Shown here one piece after another: positions 1 to 10,754 of a DNA stretch of 64,000 bases (position 1 is its first letter; every line of letters begins with the position of its first letter). Made by a program: the position numbers and the translations under genes. Source of the DNA: a candidate division WOR-3 bacterium (GTDB lineage: Bacteria; Hydrothermota; Tepidihabitantia; Tepidihabitantales; Tepidihabitantaceae). The stretch covers positions 1 to 64,000 of the forward strand of contig CBFGJV010000006.1 in assembly GCA_965649205.1 (NCBI GenBank), given 5' to 3'. A model generated the notes under the pieces. The model was given only the letters and a program-made list of their open reading frames with translations. It made no database searches and was not told the origin of the DNA.

Positions 1-318
1 GTTTAGGGGGCTACTAGCAGGAAATTGGCAATCAGAGAGTCAATCGCAAGAACAAGCGGCAACTGAGGCAAACAGCGAACAAGAAGTTCAGCCTGGAAAC
101 AAAACCAAGACCTCTAAAGACTACGAAACGGAGCAAATCTGGTACCGATCAAGCGGGTAATTATGGTCTTTGGACGCGAACTAGACTGTGAGTCTGGCTC
201 TGCCTCGGTATCCCCCTTGACAAAAGACATGTGTCTTGCGCGCAAGCCAGCTGTCTACTTCCTCTCTTCTCGGTCTACCGGAACTTGACTATTAACCAGC
301 TCCCTGTAGCTTTTGACT

Positions 319-879
319 GTGAATACTTCTCCATTTCTTGAGTTGTGCCGATCGCGCAGGTCCGTACGAAGTTTCGCAGCAAGGCCAGTAGAAAGAGAAA
401 AATTAGAACTGTGCCTGGAAGCTGCCCGACTTGCTCCCTCCGCTGAGAATCTCCAGCCCTGGCGATTTGTGATATTCGACGAACCCGAAAAACGGCAGGC
501 ATTAGCCGCAGCGGTATTCCGGGGCGTATTCTCTGTTTCGCGCTGGGCAGCCAGAGCACCAGTGCTGGTTGCCCTTCTGCTCAAAGAAAACCTGCTGGTT
601 AACAAAGGAGGAGGCGCGGTGGCAGGTGCGCCCTTCCAGTACATAGACGCAGGTATAGCCGGGGAGCATTTTGTGCTGGCTGCAGCCGAGCAGGGTTTGG
701 GAACCTGCTGGATAGGCTGGTTCGATGGCCGAGCCCTGCTCAGACATCTGAACCTGAAAAACAAGGGTTACCGGTCCGTATGTCTGTTCGCCGTGGGTTA
801 TCCGGAACGACCTCCTGCCGGCGAGCCGAAGCGAAAACCTTTGTCCGAAATTGTCATTTGGAACCCCGGGCCCGAATAG
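319..879 (+). CDS. Nitroreductase family protein
   Basis: RRSVRSF, ARLAPSAENLQPWRF and GLGTCWIG motifs. The ORF track starts at 313; GTG319 is preferred because it lies 6 nt after TTGACT(285)-16-TAGCTT(307). Confidence 0.9.
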   Translation: MNTSPFLELCRSRRSVRSFAARPVEREKLELCLEAARLAPSAENLQPWRFVIFDEPEKRQALAAAVFRGVFSVSRWAARAPVLVALLLKENLLVNKGGGAVAGAPFQYIDAGIAGEHFVLAAAEQGLGTCWIGWFDGRALLRHLNLKNKGYRSVCLFAVGYPERPPAGEPKRKPLSEIVIWNPGPE

Positions 880-950
880 CCGTGCCACCGGTTCTGTCAG
901 TAGTCTGTGTCAATGCTTGACACCTGATTAGGACTGAGCAAACTACCCCT

Positions 951-2978
951 GTGATCGGTCTGGGACAAACCCTGCGCTTGTGGGAGGCGAAGTTTGCCGA
1001 CAGACTGCGCACCCGGACCGGTATGGCCCTGGTTTTGGCGGGTGTTTTCATCTTCGCTTTTTTTCTCTATTTGCCCACCGTCCGCTACGACTTTGTCTGG
1101 GACGATAATCTGCTCATTACCCAGAACCAGCAGCTGGCCGAGTCTTCCTTGGGACAGGTTCTGAATCGCGGTTTCTGGGAAGGCTCTCCTGACCTGCCCG
1201 CAGGACCGGCCCGCTTCTATTACCGACCTCTCACCACCCTGTCTTTCTGGCTGGATTTGAAACTGGCCGGACCCAATCCTGCCCATTTTCACTTGGTAAA
1301 CATCATCCTGAATGCGCTGGTATGCGTCATGCTCTGTCTTACAGTCTGGGAACTGCTTCATTCCGGACTCTGGGCCGGCCTGGCCGGCATCCTGTTTGCC
1401 GCCCATTCCAACCACGTGGAATCTACCGCCTTCATTTCCGGTCGCACTGACCTACTCGCCGGTCTGTTCATCCTGCTGGCCACCTTTGCTCTGTTGCGTT
1501 CTCTGCGTAAGCGCAACCTGCGCTGGTGGCCGCTGGTTCCAACTGCTTTCTTTCTTGCTCTCCTTTCCAAAGAAACCGTCCTGCTGTTTCCGCTGCTCGT
1601 AGTTCTTGCTCCGCTTCTCACCCAGACCAGCTATGATCGCCGGTACTGGATTCTATTACTGGCCACCCTGCTTGCAGTAGGTGCTTACTTTGTTCTACGC
1701 GCAGGGATTTCCCAACCGCTTGTTCCGGCTGACGACAATCTGTTCAATTCGCTCGTTCCTTTGGCCAACACCGCTGGCCTTTACGTAAAAATGCTGTTCT
1801 GGCCCTTCACCCATAAAGCCAAGTTTCCCCAGGATCCCGGTTTCCATACGCTTACCCCCTACGCTCTCGGTCTGCTTTTGTTCAGCGCCAGCGTGCTCTT
1901 GCTTGGACTGCGTCGCCGTTTTCGTATCGTTCTTTTCGGTTTCGCTCTCGTCGTTCTTTTCCTTCTGCCTGTAACGCTCGTTCGCATCGGCCCTCAGGCG
2001 GCAGAGCGATTGAATTATCTGCCTTCAGCCGGTTTGGTTCTCATCGTCATCGCCTACCTTTCCCGGCAACTGCACACGCGACCAGCGTTGAGACGATTGG
2101 CAGGTCTGGGACTCTTGTCCATCCTTGTGATTCTCGTACGCGATACGCTAAACCGCAGCCAGGTCTGGCGCAACGAAATTACCCTGTTTTCGGCCATGAT
2201 TAAGGAAGCTCCGCAGGCGCCCAGCGCCTATGGAAATCTCGCTGCTGCCCTGCGGACCACGCAACCAGACTCAGCCATCAAGCTGTACCACAAAGCCCTT
2301 TCTCTGGACCAAGGGTATCTTCCGGCTCACATTGACCTGGGCGTATTGTACAGCCAAAAAGGTGATTTTCGCCAGGCTATTCATCATTTGCGTATCGCAA
2401 ATGAACTAAGCCCCCACTCGCCATCTGTACTTACCAATCTGGGCAATGCGTTTTTGGCCGCTGGAAGACCGGACAGCGCCGCCGCCTACCTGCAAAGAGC
2501 GGTGGCGATAGCACCCCGGACCGCACCGGTGAGGCTCAATTACGCGCAAGCCCTTGACGCTCTTGGAAAGACTACCCAGGCCGACTCTCAGCTTCGTCTG
2601 GCTTTGTCTTTAGATTCCCAGCTGGTGCCCGTGCACCTGGCTTTATCCGAGCGGTTCGAACGAGCCGGCGAGCTGGAAAGTTCTGTAGTGTATCTGCACA
2701 AGGCGACACGACTGAACTCGGCCCAGCCGGCTACTCTCAATCGCCTGGGCACACTGCTGGTACGGATGGGAGACACTGCCCAGGCCGAAACCAACTATGT
2801 CCGGGCTCTGACGCTGGACTCTTTATTCCTGCCCGCCCTGTACAACCGGGCCATACTTTGCGCTTCCCGCGGCGACTCAGCTCAGGCCTTAGCGCTGGCC
2901 GAGCAGGCGTACCGGCTGCGACCGGACTTGAGTTCCGTCCGCGACCTGTATTTCACTCTACTCGGTGACCGCCGGTAA
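951..2978 (+). CDS. TMTC-like GT-C membrane glycosyltransferase with C-terminal TPR repeats
   Basis: FVWDD and YYRPL motifs, many TM helices, AERLNYLPS and W-RNEITLF motifs, followed by multiple TPRs. Confidence 0.8.
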   Translation: MIGLGQTLRLWEAKFADRLRTRTGMALVLAGVFIFAFFLYLPTVRYDFVWDDNLLITQNQQLAESSLGQVLNRGFWEGSPDLPAGPARFYYRPLTTLSFWLDLKLAGPNPAHFHLVNIILNALVCVMLCLTVWELLHSGLWAGLAGILFAAHSNHVESTAFISGRTDLLAGLFILLATFALLRSLRKRNLRWWPLVPTAFFLALLSKETVLLFPLLVVLAPLLTQTSYDRRYWILLLATLLAVGAYFVLRAGISQPLVPADDNLFNSLVPLANTAGLYVKMLFWPFTHKAKFPQDPGFHTLTPYALGLLLFSASVLLLGLRRRFRIVLFGFALVVLFLLPVTLVRIGPQAAERLNYLPSAGLVLIVIAYLSRQLHTRPALRRLAGLGLLSILVILVRDTLNRSQVWRNEITLFSAMIKEAPQAPSAYGNLAAALRTTQPDSAIKLYHKALSLDQGYLPAHIDLGVLYSQKGDFRQAIHHLRIANELSPHSPSVLTNLGNAFLAAGRPDSAAAYLQRAVAIAPRTAPVRLNYAQALDALGKTTQADSQLRLALSLDSQLVPVHLALSERFERAGELESSVVYLHKATRLNSAQPATLNRLGTLLVRMGDTAQAETNYVRALTLDSLFLPALYNRAILCASRGDSAQALALAEQAYRLRPDLSSVRDLYFTLLGDRR

Positions 2979-3092
2979 CCTGTTTCTGCCTCCTAATTTG
3001 AGCTTGACCGCTCCTGCAGTTTGTGCTAGAACTTTCGCCGTGCGGTTTGACCTGGCCGGTAGAACAGGACCAAGAATAGATTAGGAGGAGCT

Positions 3093-5996
3093 ATGCGGTA
3101 TCGGCAGTGTGTCATATACAGAAACCGTCCCGCCTTCGCCCTGCTGGTTATTCTGCTCTGGGGTCTGACAGTATCACCCGCCTGGGCAGGTAATACCGGC
3201 GTACTGACGGGTCGAGTGTATGACAAGAGAACCGGAGAACCTCTGGCATTTGCCAACGTGGTAATAGAAGGCACAGAACTGGGCGCAGCCACCGACGCAA
3301 CCGGAAAATACGAGATTATCAACATTCCGCCCGGCCGCTACAAAGTCACCGCCTCCTACATACGCTACAACCCCATGTCTGTGACCGATGTGCTGATAGT
3401 ACAGGACCAGACCGTCACTCTGGACTTTCGACTCTCGGAGACGGTGGTAGAGCTGGGACGGGTGGTAGACGTAGTGGCCAGCAAGGTGAAACTGGTGAAC
3501 CCCACCACAGTTTCGGTAGAACGTATCATTACCGATCAGGATTTCAAACGGCTGCCGGTGGCCCAGCTGGCTGACCTGGTCGGACTGCAGGCCGGCGTCA
3601 CCCACGTAGCCAGCCGCGGCTGGACGCATATTCGCGGAGGCCGTTTTGATGACGTGTCTTATCTGGTTGACGGCGTTTCGGCTCAGGACAAAATCTACGG
3701 CACGCTTTGGTCCTCACCCAAGCCTACCACTGATGCCATACAATCGGTAGTGGTGATTACGGGCGGATTTGACGCCGAATACGGCGAAGCCATGTCCGGC
3801 ATCATCAAGGCGGTAACCAAAGAAGGCGGCAGCAGAACCAGCGGTCGTCTCGGACTCGTCACCGATGAGATGTTTCCCAATCCGGATTTAAACTTCGGCT
3901 ACAATCGGCTTTCCCTCAGCGTAGGCGGGCCGACCCCGCTCTGGAGCCGGTTGCGCTACTTCCTTTCTGGTGAGTATTTCAAGACCGATGATTCCCGGGA
4001 CTGTCGTTACAAGGTGAACGCACCCCGCGGCGAATACGCCGCCGAGGGCAAACTCACACTGGCTATGCCCAAGTCATTCTTTCTGACTAGAGAAGGTCTG
4101 AAGCTCACTCTTGACGGTCACCATTCCAACTACCAGTGGCAGAGTTTTTCTCACTCCTACAAGTTCTGGCCCCAGGGCATGTTTGCCAACCGGGTGCGGT
4201 CTTACAAGTCCAACCTGACTCTGAACCATATGCTCTCACCCACAACGGTTTACGAAGCCAAGGTCGGCTGGTTTATGACTTCGCTCATCCGTTCGGTCCG
4301 CAACTTCCAGGCGGAAGCTGCCGACACCGTCGGATTCTGGGGTTTTCTGCGCCGCCTGGGTATCTGGGACCGCTACATATTCCGGGCCGAAGACTGGGTC
4401 TTCAATTGGAAAAAATACCGCGACTATGAGTACGCCCACCCGGACCGATTCGACACCGCCAAAACCCCGCGCAGCATTCAGGAGGCGGTGGTAGGTCTGT
4501 ACCGTTCCTACTGGCTGGGACCTGACTCGGTTCCCATATACGCGCACCCCGGAGAACGCAACTTCCTGCAATCTTACGCGCTTGTCTCCTATCCTTACGG
4601 TGTGGCCGGCCTATTTATCACTGAAGGAGACAACCGCGTCTGGCATTACCGTGCCACCAACCATACCTTTGGCAAACTGGACATAACCCGAACCATAAAC
4701 AAGGTGCACGAGATTAAGACCGGTATGGAAATCAAGGAATATTCCCTTTCGGTATACGAAAATACCATACCCTGGGACCCCAATCCGTTCTGGGACGCCT
4801 TCAACTACAAACCGGTGGTGGCTGCTGCCTACATTCAGGACAAGGCAGATTTTGAAGACCTGGTGGTGCGTGCCGGTCTGCGTTTTGACTATCTCAATTC
4901 CAAGGGCAAGGTCCGAGCTTTTCCAGAAAGCATAGGCTCCAGACCGGAAATTGCCGACAGCATGCTGCCGGTTGCAGCCAAGTACCGTCTCTCTCCGCGC
5001 CTGGGTCTTTCCTACCCGATTACCGAGCTCATCAAGTTCCGCTTCTCCTATGGCCACTTCTACAAAAATCCGGAGTTTCAGAACCTGTACACCTATGCCG
5101 ACCGCAGCGCGGCTGAATTCCGCGGCCGGGCTTCCACCATGGGCAATCCCAACATGGAAGCAGAAAAAACCATCGCCTACGAAATGGGTTTCGACGCCCA
5201 GCTTTCCGAGGTGTTCCAGTTTGACATCACTGCTTTCTATAAAGACGTGTTCGACCTTTCCGGTACCAAAACAGTACACGCTTTGCCCACCCCCTACTCC
5301 ATGTTCTACAATGTATCTTATGCCCGAATTCAAGGTTTCGAAGCCACGGTGACCAAGGCGCTGGATAACTACTGGTCCAGCCGTCTGGGTTACACCTTCC
5401 AGATTGCCAAAGGCACTGCCTCTGACCCCTACTCCTCCTACAAGGGCGATTGTTATCTGGCTCAGGACCGTCGTCATCAGCTTCACGGAGACCTGACCTT
5501 TGCCTTTCCCTCTGATTTTGCCTTCACGCCGTTGCGTGACTTCAATGTCTCCGGCGTAGTCAGCTACGGGTCGGGCACTCCCTACACGCCTACCGACCTG
5601 CGCGGCAATCAAACCGGACCGGAGAACTCTGCGCGCATGCCCGGAACCATGAACATTGATGCCCGGGCCGCCAAGGAATTCCGTCTGGCCGGACTTTCCC
5701 TCACCCTTGCCTGCGACATCACCAATCTGGCCAACGCCACGCAGGTAATCAATGTGCATTCCGCCACCGGCAAGCCAGATTTCACCGGCCGTACCATCAC
5801 GCGCTACGAATTCGGCTCCGGCATTGCCTTCGGCGACCTGTACTATCATCCCTACCGGGACTACAATCACGATGGCTACCTGAGCCAGATGGAACAGTAC
5901 GATTCCTACGTGCGCGCCTACAACGATGCCAATAATCCGCCGACAAACTATGGTCCGCCGCGTAAAATTCGTTTCGGTCTGAGTCTATCTTTCTAA
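3093..5996 (+). CDS. TonB-dependent outer-membrane receptor with N-terminal carboxypeptidase-regulatory-like domain
   Basis: Signal peptide; G-L-GRV-D-TGEPL-ANV domain; plug motifs HIRGGR, YLVDGVS, TGGFDAEYG; C-terminal FGLSLSF; SD AGGAGG. Confidence 0.9.
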   Translation: MRYRQCVIYRNRPAFALLVILLWGLTVSPAWAGNTGVLTGRVYDKRTGEPLAFANVVIEGTELGAATDATGKYEIINIPPGRYKVTASYIRYNPMSVTDVLIVQDQTVTLDFRLSETVVELGRVVDVVASKVKLVNPTTVSVERIITDQDFKRLPVAQLADLVGLQAGVTHVASRGWTHIRGGRFDDVSYLVDGVSAQDKIYGTLWSSPKPTTDAIQSVVVITGGFDAEYGEAMSGIIKAVTKEGGSRTSGRLGLVTDEMFPNPDLNFGYNRLSLSVGGPTPLWSRLRYFLSGEYFKTDDSRDCRYKVNAPRGEYAAEGKLTLAMPKSFFLTREGLKLTLDGHHSNYQWQSFSHSYKFWPQGMFANRVRSYKSNLTLNHMLSPTTVYEAKVGWFMTSLIRSVRNFQAEAADTVGFWGFLRRLGIWDRYIFRAEDWVFNWKKYRDYEYAHPDRFDTAKTPRSIQEAVVGLYRSYWLGPDSVPIYAHPGERNFLQSYALVSYPYGVAGLFITEGDNRVWHYRATNHTFGKLDITRTINKVHEIKTGMEIKEYSLSVYENTIPWDPNPFWDAFNYKPVVAAAYIQDKADFEDLVVRAGLRFDYLNSKGKVRAFPESIGSRPEIADSMLPVAAKYRLSPRLGLSYPITELIKFRFSYGHFYKNPEFQNLYTYADRSAAEFRGRASTMGNPNMEAEKTIAYEMGFDAQLSEVFQFDITAFYKDVFDLSGTKTVHALPTPYSMFYNVSYARIQGFEATVTKALDNYWSSRLGYTFQIAKGTASDPYSSYKGDCYLAQDRRHQLHGDLTFAFPSDFAFTPLRDFNVSGVVSYGSGTPYTPTDLRGNQTGPENSARMPGTMNIDARAAKEFRLAGLSLTLACDITNLANATQVINVHSATGKPDFTGRTITRYEFGSGIAFGDLYYHPYRDYNHDGYLSQMEQYDSYVRAYNDANNPPTNYGPPRKIRFGLSLSF

Positions 5997-6011
5997 CCGA
6001 AAGGAGAAAAA

Positions 6012-6668
6012 GTGAAAAAGAAAGCTCTGCTGGTATGGGGTGGCTGGGAAGGCCACGAACCCAAACAATGTGTGGAACTGTTCGCGCCGTTTCTACAACA
6101 GAACGGTCTGGATGTGGAAATCAGCAACACGCTTCAGTCCTACGAAGACCTCGAAGAGCTCTTGCAACTGTCCCTCATTGTCCAGGCGGTAACCATGAGC
6201 ACCATCACCGAGCAGCAGGAAAAGAACCTGCTTGAAGCCATAAAAAGCGGGGTGGGCTTTGCCGGCTGGCACGGTGGTATGTGCGACTCCTTCCGGCAAA
6301 ATACTGAGTACCAGTTCATGACCGGAGGACAATGGGTGTCGCATCCTGACGGCATTACTGACTATGTTGTGAACATCAACAAACCCCAAGACCCCATTGT
6401 GCGGGGACTTTCCGACTTCCGCATGCACTCCGAACAATACTACATGCATGTGGACCCATCCAACGAAGTGCTGGCTACAACCACCTTCCACAGTCCCAAA
6501 TATCCCTGGATAAATGGCACCGTCATGCCTGTAGTCTGGAAACGCATGTGGGGCAAGGGCCGGGTATTCTATTCCTCTCTTGGTCATGTGGCGGCGGATT
6601 TCCAGGTGCCCGAAGCTCGCACCATACAGCAGAGAGGAATGTTGTGGGCGGCAGATTTACTAAAGTGA
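6012..6668 (+). CDS. ThuA-like domain protein (class I GATase-like fold)
   Basis: [19 protein letters not shown] and [10 protein letters not shown] motifs; SD AAGGAG. Confidence 0.85.
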   Translation: MKKKALLVWGGWEGHEPKQCVELFAPFLQQNGLDVEISNTLQSYEDLEELLQLSLIVQAVTMSTITEQQEKNLLEAIKSGVGFAGWHGGMCDSFRQNTEYQFMTGGQWVSHPDGITDYVVNINKPQDPIVRGLSDFRMHSEQYYMHVDPSNEVLATTTFHSPKYPWINGTVMPVVWKRMWGKGRVFYSSLGHVAADFQVPEARTIQQRGMLWAADLLK

Positions 6669-6690
6669 AGCAAGTTCTGGAAAGGAGACT

Positions 6691-7797
6691 ATGATGTCCG
6701 ACAAAATAAACATAGGCGTGGTCGGTTGCGGCAACATCTCTGGTATATATCTAAAGAATCTGCAACGTTGCTCTTTTTTGCAGGTTGTTGCCTGCGCCGA
6801 CTTGAAGAAAGAGAAGGCAGAAGCCAAAGCTAAAGAATTCTCCGTCCCTCATGTGTACACGGTGCAGGAATTGCTCTCTGACCCGGAAATCGACCTCGTT
6901 CTGAATCTCACCATACCCAAAGCTCACGCCCAGATAGCCCTGCAAGCTCTGGCCAGGGGCAAATCGGTGTATAACGAAAAACCCCTTGCGCTCAAACTGC
7001 AGGAAGGCAAGAAAATGCTTGCTCTCGCCCGCAGGAAAAAACTGCTCGTCGGATGTGCTCCCGATACCTTCTTGGGCGCCGGCCTCCAGACCTGTCGCAA
7101 GCTCATTGACGAAGGCGCCATCGGCAAACCCGTAGCTGCCACCGCTTTTATGATGTGCCATGGCCACGAATCCTGGCATCCTGACCCAGAGTTCTACTAC
7201 GATGTTGGCGGCGGTCCCATGTTCGACATGGGGCCCTACTATCTGACTGCACTCGTGAATCTCATCGGGCCGATAAGGGCGGTGAGCGGTCTGGCCCGCA
7301 CCACGTTTGCGCAACGCACGATCACCAGCGCGCCAAAGTACGGAAAGAAAATTCGGGTGAAAACTCCTACCCATATCGCCGGACTTTTGGAATTCACCGG
7401 CGGCGCCGCCGGCACCATCATTACCAGCTTTGATGTATGGCATCACACCCTGCCGCCTATTGAAATCTACGGCACTGAAGGGTCTTTGCAGGTTCCAGAC
7501 CCAAACTGTTTCGGAGGTCCGGTGCGCCTACATCGCAGCCAGGACACAGAATGGACCGAAGTGCCCCTGACCCACCCGTATGCAGAGAACAGCCGGGGTC
7601 TAGGCGTAGCCGACATGGCCCGCGCTCTGCTTTTGGGCAAGACCCGTCACCGGGCTAACGGCAATCTGGCTCTGCACGTACTGGAAACCATGCACGCCTT
7701 CCTTTCCTCTTCCCGCACCGGCCGTCGTCAGACGATCAAAACCAAATGTCAGAAACCAGAGCCGATGGACGCCCAGGCGAAACCCTGGGAATGGTAA
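6691..7797 (+). CDS. Gfo/Idh/MocA family NAD(P)-dependent oxidoreductase
   Basis: GVVGCGNIS Rossmann motif, [17 protein letters not shown]. Confidence 0.9.
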   Translation: MMSDKINIGVVGCGNISGIYLKNLQRCSFLQVVACADLKKEKAEAKAKEFSVPHVYTVQELLSDPEIDLVLNLTIPKAHAQIALQALARGKSVYNEKPLALKLQEGKKMLALARRKKLLVGCAPDTFLGAGLQTCRKLIDEGAIGKPVAATAFMMCHGHESWHPDPEFYYDVGGGPMFDMGPYYLTALVNLIGPIRAVSGLARTTFAQRTITSAPKYGKKIRVKTPTHIAGLLEFTGGAAGTIITSFDVWHHTLPPIEIYGTEGSLQVPDPNCFGGPVRLHRSQDTEWTEVPLTHPYAENSRGLGVADMARALLLGKTRHRANGNLALHVLETMHAFLSSSRTGRRQTIKTKCQKPEPMDAQAKPWEW

Positions 7798-7807
7798 GGA
7801 GGAAGAA

Positions 7808-8875
7808 ATGATCAAGGGACCGGCTATATTTCTTGCTCAGTTCCTCGCCGACGAACCACCATTCAATACGCTAGCCAACATCACCGCCTGGGCTAAGTCG
7901 CTGGGTTATATAGGGGTGCAACTGCCCGCCTGGGACAAGCGGGTAATAGACCTGGACATGGCCGCCTCATCCCGCAGCTATTGCGAGGACCTGAAGGCGC
8001 AGTGCAACGGCCTGGAGATTACGGAACTGGCCACCCATCTGCAGGGACAGCTTGTCGCCGTTCATCCTGCCTATGACCTGCTTTTTGATTCCTTTGCTCC
8101 TCCTCGGCTGCGCGGTAATCCGGCCCGACGTACCGAATGGGCGGTGCAACAGATGAAAAACGCCATCCGCGCTTCCCACCATCTTGGTCTTAAGGCTATC
8201 CCCACCTTCAGCGGCGCTTTCCTGTGGCCTATGGTGTATCCTTGGCCCCAGCGACCCCAAGGTCTTGTGGAGATGGGATTTGCCGAACTTGCCCGACGCT
8301 GGAAACCTATCCTTGACTATGCCGACCGCTATGGCATAGACCTGGCGTTTGAGATTCATCCCGGCGAAGACCTGCACGACGGCGTCACCTTTGAAAGGTT
8401 CCTGGCCGCAGTGAGCAACCATCCGCGCGCCAACCTGCTCTACGACCCTTCTCATTTCGTCCTGCAATGTCTGGATTATCTGGGCTTCATTGACATCTAC
8501 GCCGACCGCATCAAGGCTTTCCATGTCAAGGATGCCGAATACCGGCCTTCTGCCCGCAGTGGTGTTTACGGCGGCTATCAGGACTGGAAACACCGGCCGG
8601 GCAGGTTCCGCAGCGTAGGAGATGGCCAGGTGAACTTCCGCCAGGTATTCACCAAACTCACCGAATACGGCTACTCTTCCTGGGCGGTCCTGGAGTGGGA
8701 ATGCTGCATCAAAGATGCGGCGCAGGGAGCAAAAGAAGGCGCCGCTTTTATCCGCTCACTGCTCATATCTACCCCAAAGCGAGCCTTTGACGACTTTGCC
8801 GGAGGAAAAACCGATACTGACACCAACCGCAAAATCTTGGGGCTGACGCTCCGCAAGGGAGGAAAGAATGATTGA
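7808..8875 (+). CDS. Sugar phosphate isomerase/epimerase (xylose-isomerase-like TIM barrel)
   Basis: FEIHPGEDLHD, YDPSH, FHVKD and VLEWE metal-binding motifs. Confidence 0.9.
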   Translation: MIKGPAIFLAQFLADEPPFNTLANITAWAKSLGYIGVQLPAWDKRVIDLDMAASSRSYCEDLKAQCNGLEITELATHLQGQLVAVHPAYDLLFDSFAPPRLRGNPARRTEWAVQQMKNAIRASHHLGLKAIPTFSGAFLWPMVYPWPQRPQGLVEMGFAELARRWKPILDYADRYGIDLAFEIHPGEDLHDGVTFERFLAAVSNHPRANLLYDPSHFVLQCLDYLGFIDIYADRIKAFHVKDAEYRPSARSGVYGGYQDWKHRPGRFRSVGDGQVNFRQVFTKLTEYGYSSWAVLEWECCIKDAAQGAKEGAAFIRSLLISTPKRAFDDFAGGKTDTDTNRKILGLTLRKGGKND

Positions 8876-10001
8876 GCGCAAATTACGAGCCGGCATCGTA
8901 GGAGGCGGTCGCGGAGCTTTTATCGGCGCCGTACACCGCATAGCGGCAGAATTGGACAACGAAGCGGAAGTTGTCGCCGGCGCCCTATCCCGCGACCCGG
9001 CAGTCGCCCGCGAGTCAGCCCGAGAATGGCACCTGCTGCGCTCCTATGACTCCTATGAGGAAATGGCAAAAGCAGAAGCCCGTCGTCCAGACGGCATAGA
9101 CTTTGTCATCGTCGCTACTCCCAACTATGCTCACTTCCCGGTAATCAAAGCCTTTGCCCGCCAGGGCATTCATGTAGTGTGTGATAAACCGCTGGCTATG
9201 AGTTCCCGAGAAGGTCGCGAGATAAAAAAGCTGGTACAGAGAAAACGGCTGGTATTCGCCCTTACTCACAACTACACCGGCTATCCGCTAGTCCGACAGG
9301 CGCGGGAAATGGTACAAAAGGGTGAACTGGGAAACATCCGCAAAGTCATAGTGGAATATCTGCAGGACTGGCTGATGCAACCCTTGGAACGTACCGGTCA
9401 GAAGCAGGCCGCCTGGCGTACCGACCCCCGCTATGCCGGCGTCTCCTGCTGCATCGGCGACATCGGTACGCACGGAGAAAATCTGCTCTCCTACATTACC
9501 GGTCTGCGGATAACCGCGGTTGCGGCCGACACTACCACCTTTGTACCCGGACGCCGCCTGGAAGACGACGCCAATATCCTGCTCCGGCTGGAAAACGGTG
9601 CCAAAGGAGTCCTGGTCTGTTCTCAGATAGCGGCGGGCGAGGAAAACGCTCTCTCCATCCGCATCTACGGTACCAAGGCCGGTTTGGAATGGCATCAGCA
9701 GGAGCCAAACGTGCTCATCCTGAAGCGACCAGACGCCCCGAACGAGATACTGCGACCGGGCCGACCCTACCTCTCCCCTGCGGCCAAAGCCCGCTCCCGT
9801 CTGCCTGCTGGCCATCCGGAAGCATTCCTTGAAGCCTTTGCCAATATCTACCGAGCAGCCATAAAGGACATCCGCGCCGCCCTGGAAGGAAAACCTCTGA
9901 CCAAAGACTATCCCACAGTGGACGACGGCATACGAGGAATACGTTTCGTAGAAAAATGCATTGCCAGCGCAAACCGCAACGGACGCTGGACAAAACTGTA
10001 A
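8868..10001 (+). CDS. Gfo/Idh/MocA family oxidoreductase
   Basis: GGGRGAFIGAVH, CDKPL, GDIGTH, PAGHPEAF. Confidence 0.9.
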   Translation: MIERKLRAGIVGGGRGAFIGAVHRIAAELDNEAEVVAGALSRDPAVARESAREWHLLRSYDSYEEMAKAEARRPDGIDFVIVATPNYAHFPVIKAFARQGIHVVCDKPLAMSSREGREIKKLVQRKRLVFALTHNYTGYPLVRQAREMVQKGELGNIRKVIVEYLQDWLMQPLERTGQKQAAWRTDPRYAGVSCCIGDIGTHGENLLSYITGLRITAVAADTTTFVPGRRLEDDANILLRLENGAKGVLVCSQIAAGEENALSIRIYGTKAGLEWHQQEPNVLILKRPDAPNEILRPGRPYLSPAAKARSRLPAGHPEAFLEAFANIYRAAIKDIRAALEGKPLTKDYPTVDDGIRGIRFVEKCIASANRNGRWTKL

Positions 10002-10010
10002 GGAGTGAGA

Positions 10011-10754
10011 ATGGAATCTATTATCCGCGTAACTGTCTGGAACGAAGGCCGGCACGAAAAACAGAACCCGGCCATTGCCAAGATATATCCCCAAGGCATG
10101 CACGGCGCCATCGCCGCCTACTTGAATCGGCAGGAAGGCATACGCGCCCGTACTGCCACTCTGGACGAACCGGAGCACGGCCTCAGCGAGGCGGTACTGG
10201 CAGAAACTGATGTGCTTACCTGGTGGGGACATCTCGCTCACGACGAAGTACAGGACAAAGTGGTGGAACGTGTGCACCAGCGAGTCTTGTCCGGAATGGG
10301 ACTGATTGTCCTTCACTCTGGCCATTTCTCCAAGATATTCCGCCGTCTCATGGGCACTAACTGCTCACTTGTCTGGCGCGAACAGGAAGGCGGAGAAAAA
10401 GAAAGGCTGTGGAACATAGCCCCGGGCCACGAAATCACCCAGGGTATAGGACGCTGTATTGTCATACCCCACCACGAAATGTACGGAGAACGCTTCGACA
10501 TTCCCGAACCGGACAAACTCGTCTTCATCTCCTGGTATGAGGGCGGAGAAGTGTTTCGCTCTGGCTGTGTCTTTGAACGCGGAAACGGACGCATCTTCTA
10601 CTTCAGTCCCGGCCACGAGACTTTCCCCGTATATTACCAAGAGGAAATTCTGCGCGTCATAGCCAACGCCGTGCGCTGGGCATGTCCGAGAATTATCCAG
10701 GACACCTCGGCCGCACCCTGTATCAAAATTCCACCAGAAAAGGAGGTAAGGTGA
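10011..10754 (+). CDS. thuA: Trehalose utilization protein ThuA family
   Basis: [59 protein letters not shown] before ATG10011. Confidence 0.85.
   Translation: MESIIRVTVWNEGRHEKQNPAIAKIYPQGMHGAIAAYLNRQEGIRARTATLDEPEHGLSEAVLAETDVLTWWGHLAHDEVQDKVVERVHQRVLSGMGLIVLHSGHFSKIFRRLMGTNCSLVWREQEGGEKERLWNIAPGHEITQGIGRCIVIPHHEMYGERFDIPEPDKLVFISWYEGGEVFRSGCVFERGNGRIFYFSPGHETFPVYYQEEILRVIANAVRWACPRIIQDTSAAPCIKIPPEKEVR

Noticed and set aside
2..160. Possible 3' end of a CDS entering the window (frame 2, stop 158-160)
   Set aside because: Only ~52 codons, no recognisable motif; cannot be supported.
4611..5870. Long antisense ORFs (419 aa here; also 9288-10325, 56878-57684, 23656-24303)
   Set aside because: Shadows of well-supported genes on the opposite strand, with no recognisable motifs.
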